A DNA stretch of 64,000 bases, from contig NC_057718.1 in assembly GCF_004010195.1 (NCBI RefSeq), positions 38,211,191-38,275,190 on the forward strand. The letters run 5' to 3'. The notes under the pieces are model-generated. The model had not been told where the DNA came from. It saw only the letters and a list, made by a program, of their open reading frames with translations, and did no database searches. Shown here one piece after another: positions 60,901 through 64,000 of this stretch. Source of the stretch: Chiloscyllium plagiosum (lineage: Eukaryota). The position numbers and the translations under genes were made by a program. The number at the start of each line of letters is the position of its first letter. The stretch's first letter is position 1.

Positions 60901-63589
60901 GTGTGATCTGACAATCTTGAAACCTTCATATCTTGCATTACACCTGCACTGAAATTCATTAACTATATCACTCAGTCCTATGATGGGCAGAACATTAGTT
61001 TTTGACTTGACTGCAGTATCCTTATGGTGGTGAACACTATTTATTTTGCAACTGCATAGTAATGGACTAAAACTTCATTTTTTGCTCAAATGTTTGAGGT
61101 ACCTTACCCAATTCTGAGGTAACTTGGTCACCTTTCGTGACCATGAGTGACGGCCTTAGGGCCTTCAAAGAGTTTGCACGATGTAGAACAAGAAATTACC
61201 TGATCAGGATAGCCATTATCCTGCAGCATGGCTTTGTACCTTAGTTCAGTGTCAAGCTTGTACATGAATAAATATCTGCGGCCCTACTTAAATTTGCTGA
61301 TGATGCATATCTAATATCGCTTGTAACTGTAGGCTCTTATTCAGTAATACTCAAGTTCTTTATGACCAAATGATTATTAATGCTCATTTTGGCGATTTGC
61401 TTGATGACTTTTAGGATATTCTTTGGTTTTAGAACAAGTTGTTGTTGGTTTCTTGGGTAAGCAAACCTGGATCTTCTGATTGCTCATTAATGGGTTGACC
61501 CTTGAATTAAAATGGATGGCGACACAATAGACAGCATTGAGAATCTTGGGGCCATAATTTGCTGATGGTGCTCCATCAGCACTTTGTCTTTGACATGATG
61601 ATACGTATTTAGGTTGTTAGCACTTGTAAGTGGCTGAACATCCAGGCTGATCGTTACCACAATGAGGGAAACAGGGAATCTAGCACTTAAATTTACTGTG
61701 TACCACCTTAACCAAACCGATCAAAGGATTGTGGAAAGTACTGAGGGAGAAGCATTATTCAATGTTGATGCATTCAATGCTAAATCAAATGCAGAAGGTG
61801 AAATCAAGGGGAGGAAGGATTGAATTGAAGAACAAAAAAGGGACAGTGTAAAAGCCAAAATATTGTAAATTCTAATTTGACATTTTAAACCTTCCCACAA
61901 CCAAATCTTAAGAATGAGCTTCCCATGCACAAAAGTAAATTTCAGAAATTAAAGTTTGTTGATCTTCATGATATTTGAGTAATTATGTTCTCAGTTTATG
62001 GTTCAAGTTGGTGATTGATTTTTTTCAGTGGAATTTTAACCATAGAACAGTTACGCACCTTCATTTACATACAGTACATTGAGTGGACAAATTGAATCTG
62101 AGACTTTTACTGGTTAACTATAATAGATACATGAGGGAAAAATAATACTAGTTACATTGACGAGTTAAAGTAGAGCAGAAGTCTCAGAACCTAAGCACTA
62201 GTTTACAATAGTTAGGTTAAATTACGTATTTAATGGAGTAATTCTTTGTAAACTTATTGAGCACGCACATACAGTAACTTTATGCTACTCAATGCATTTT
62301 TGAATGATAAGGCAGACAACAGGATGTAATTTTGCCTAACTAATGACTGAAGTGGCACATCTTTCACATCAATTTGTGGATTTCTGTGGTAACCATGCAC
62401 CTGCCTTCACCTCAAGTTAATATGACATTTATGCATAAGTAACACAAACATCATTTGTCCTGTTTTTTTAACAGCATATTGTGGCTCTGTGTTGAGATTT
62501 CTGGTTTGTCTCTGTTCCTGATCAAGTGTCACTGGCTTGAAACATCAATTCCGATTCTGTCTCCTTATATGCTGTCAAATTTGCTGAGCATTTCCAGCAT
62601 TTTGTTCAGACGTCCACTATCCACAGCACTGTCATTCTGTGCTGACAATAATCATAGATTTGGCACTTGAGCTCTATTTGTTTTAGTTCACTGGTTTATA
62701 CATTATGAAAGGTGATAGCTGTTCCAGAAATATCTGCTTAAATTGGCTTTGTGTTTGGACACCGTGGGTGCCTAGTCTTTCCCTAGGACTGTTCAAGAAA
62801 GATTTCAGGGAACTTCTGTGGGGTTTGTCATCTTACTTTATATAACTACAGCAAAAAGCAGTTACTTGCTACCCAGCTGCCAAAAGAGAAGTGGAGTCCA
62901 TCTGTTGGACAGTTTGATAAAATCTTGTGCTAAATATAAGTTTGTGTGCTGACGTACTTTTGGCAGAAACAGCTCCTCCCTTCCCGTTGCTTCTGTAGAA
63001 GCAGGCAACAAATGAAATTTATGTTGCGCTTAGATCTTTACTAGTGAGTTGCTTGCCAACTTTCAACAAAAGTGCTTTAAAAATGATCTCCATTCCTAAA
63101 TTACTTGTTAATTTCAAACATGTTTTAACTCTCATATTTCCTGCTGCTGCAGAGTCCGCTTCCAAATTTGCATTAAAAAGCCTTTGTTACGATATAAAAA
63201 AAGACTTGTATATGTCCAGCGCTCTGCATGCTTGCTTAATTTCTCAAAGCTTTTTCGAGCCAGTGTTTTAATATTTGTTTTCTAATTAGCCCCTCGATGC
63301 ATTATTCCTTTTATCAGCTTTCTGCAATTGTTTTCTTTCTACTAATGGTAATGAGTATTTAACTGAATCCATTTTCATGGACGTGGGCACACCTTATATG
63401 CATTATTCTAAAATTACTACTATTAATTTTGAGAGTCCAGGCCAGGGAGACTTGTGCCTTCTGCAAGCTTTAACAACTGGGTTTCAGGTATTGCATTTGA
63501 AATTGTTAATCAAGAAAACACATTTTTGTGATGTTAGATTTACTGTCTAAAAAGAATCATCGAGGTTTCTGTCATGTGTGCACTGATTC

Positions 63590-64000
63590 TGTAAATGAGC
63601 AACGTGCACTGTTCCATTTCCCTCCAACCTCTCCCTATAACTTTGCATGTTCTATCTTTGCTGATAATAATCCATTTCCCTCTTGAATGCCCCTATTGAA
63701 CCAACACAGTTAGTCTCAGTTAGTGCATTCTAGGTCGTAACCATTTGCAGACTCATAAAAAGCTGTTTCTCCTTCCTTCATTGTTTCTTGTATGAATTAC
63801 ACTAAATATGTGTTCGTGATCTTGGCTATGAGCAGGAACAGACTTTCTATCTCCTCTGTTCAGACTCTTGAGGATTTTGATTATCTCCCTCAAATCTCCT
63901 ACCAACCTCCTCTACTCTAAGGAATAGTCACAATTTGTCATCAAAATGGAAATTCCACATCCTGTAACAACTCTTGCGAATGTTTTGTACACTCCTAAGG
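63590..64000 (-). mobile_element. Old CR1 3'-end fragment
   Basis: ctctccctataactttgca...aatccatttccctcttgaatgcc...caaatctcctaccaacctcctctactctaagga. Confidence 0.75.

Overview
Eukaryotic, AT-rich, repeat-dense non-coding DNA, most likely intronic or intergenic sequence from a shark. The tRNA-headed HE1-type SINEs with (TCTAA)n tails and HER1/CR1-type LINEs point to an elasmobranch; a carpet/bamboo shark is my inference. No intact host protein-coding gene is recognisable, and the ORF track is mostly decayed retroelement or chance ORFs. The window holds many CR1 fragments (some nested three deep), Rex1/Babar-like and L2-like LINE remnants, young and old SINEs, solo LTRs and a hAT-like MITE. 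The most notable structures are: (1) a complete two-LTR, non-coding ERV-like provirus (41688-45291, minus) with a tRNA-Ser PBS and PPT, whose leader carries a 75-nt tRNA-like unit followed by about 13 T-arm/B-box-like hairpins; (2) at least 7 short, often palindromic Penelope-derived insertions carrying minimal hammerhead ribozyme cores, six of them with 7-14 bp TSDs; (3) a 132-bp locally templated insertion inside a SINE; (4) non-autonomous elements with an AAGATGG(C)G head and a Rex-like tail; (5) one orphan 54-nt exon candidate. Family names come from recognition by eye, not database searches, and boundaries of old elements are approximate.
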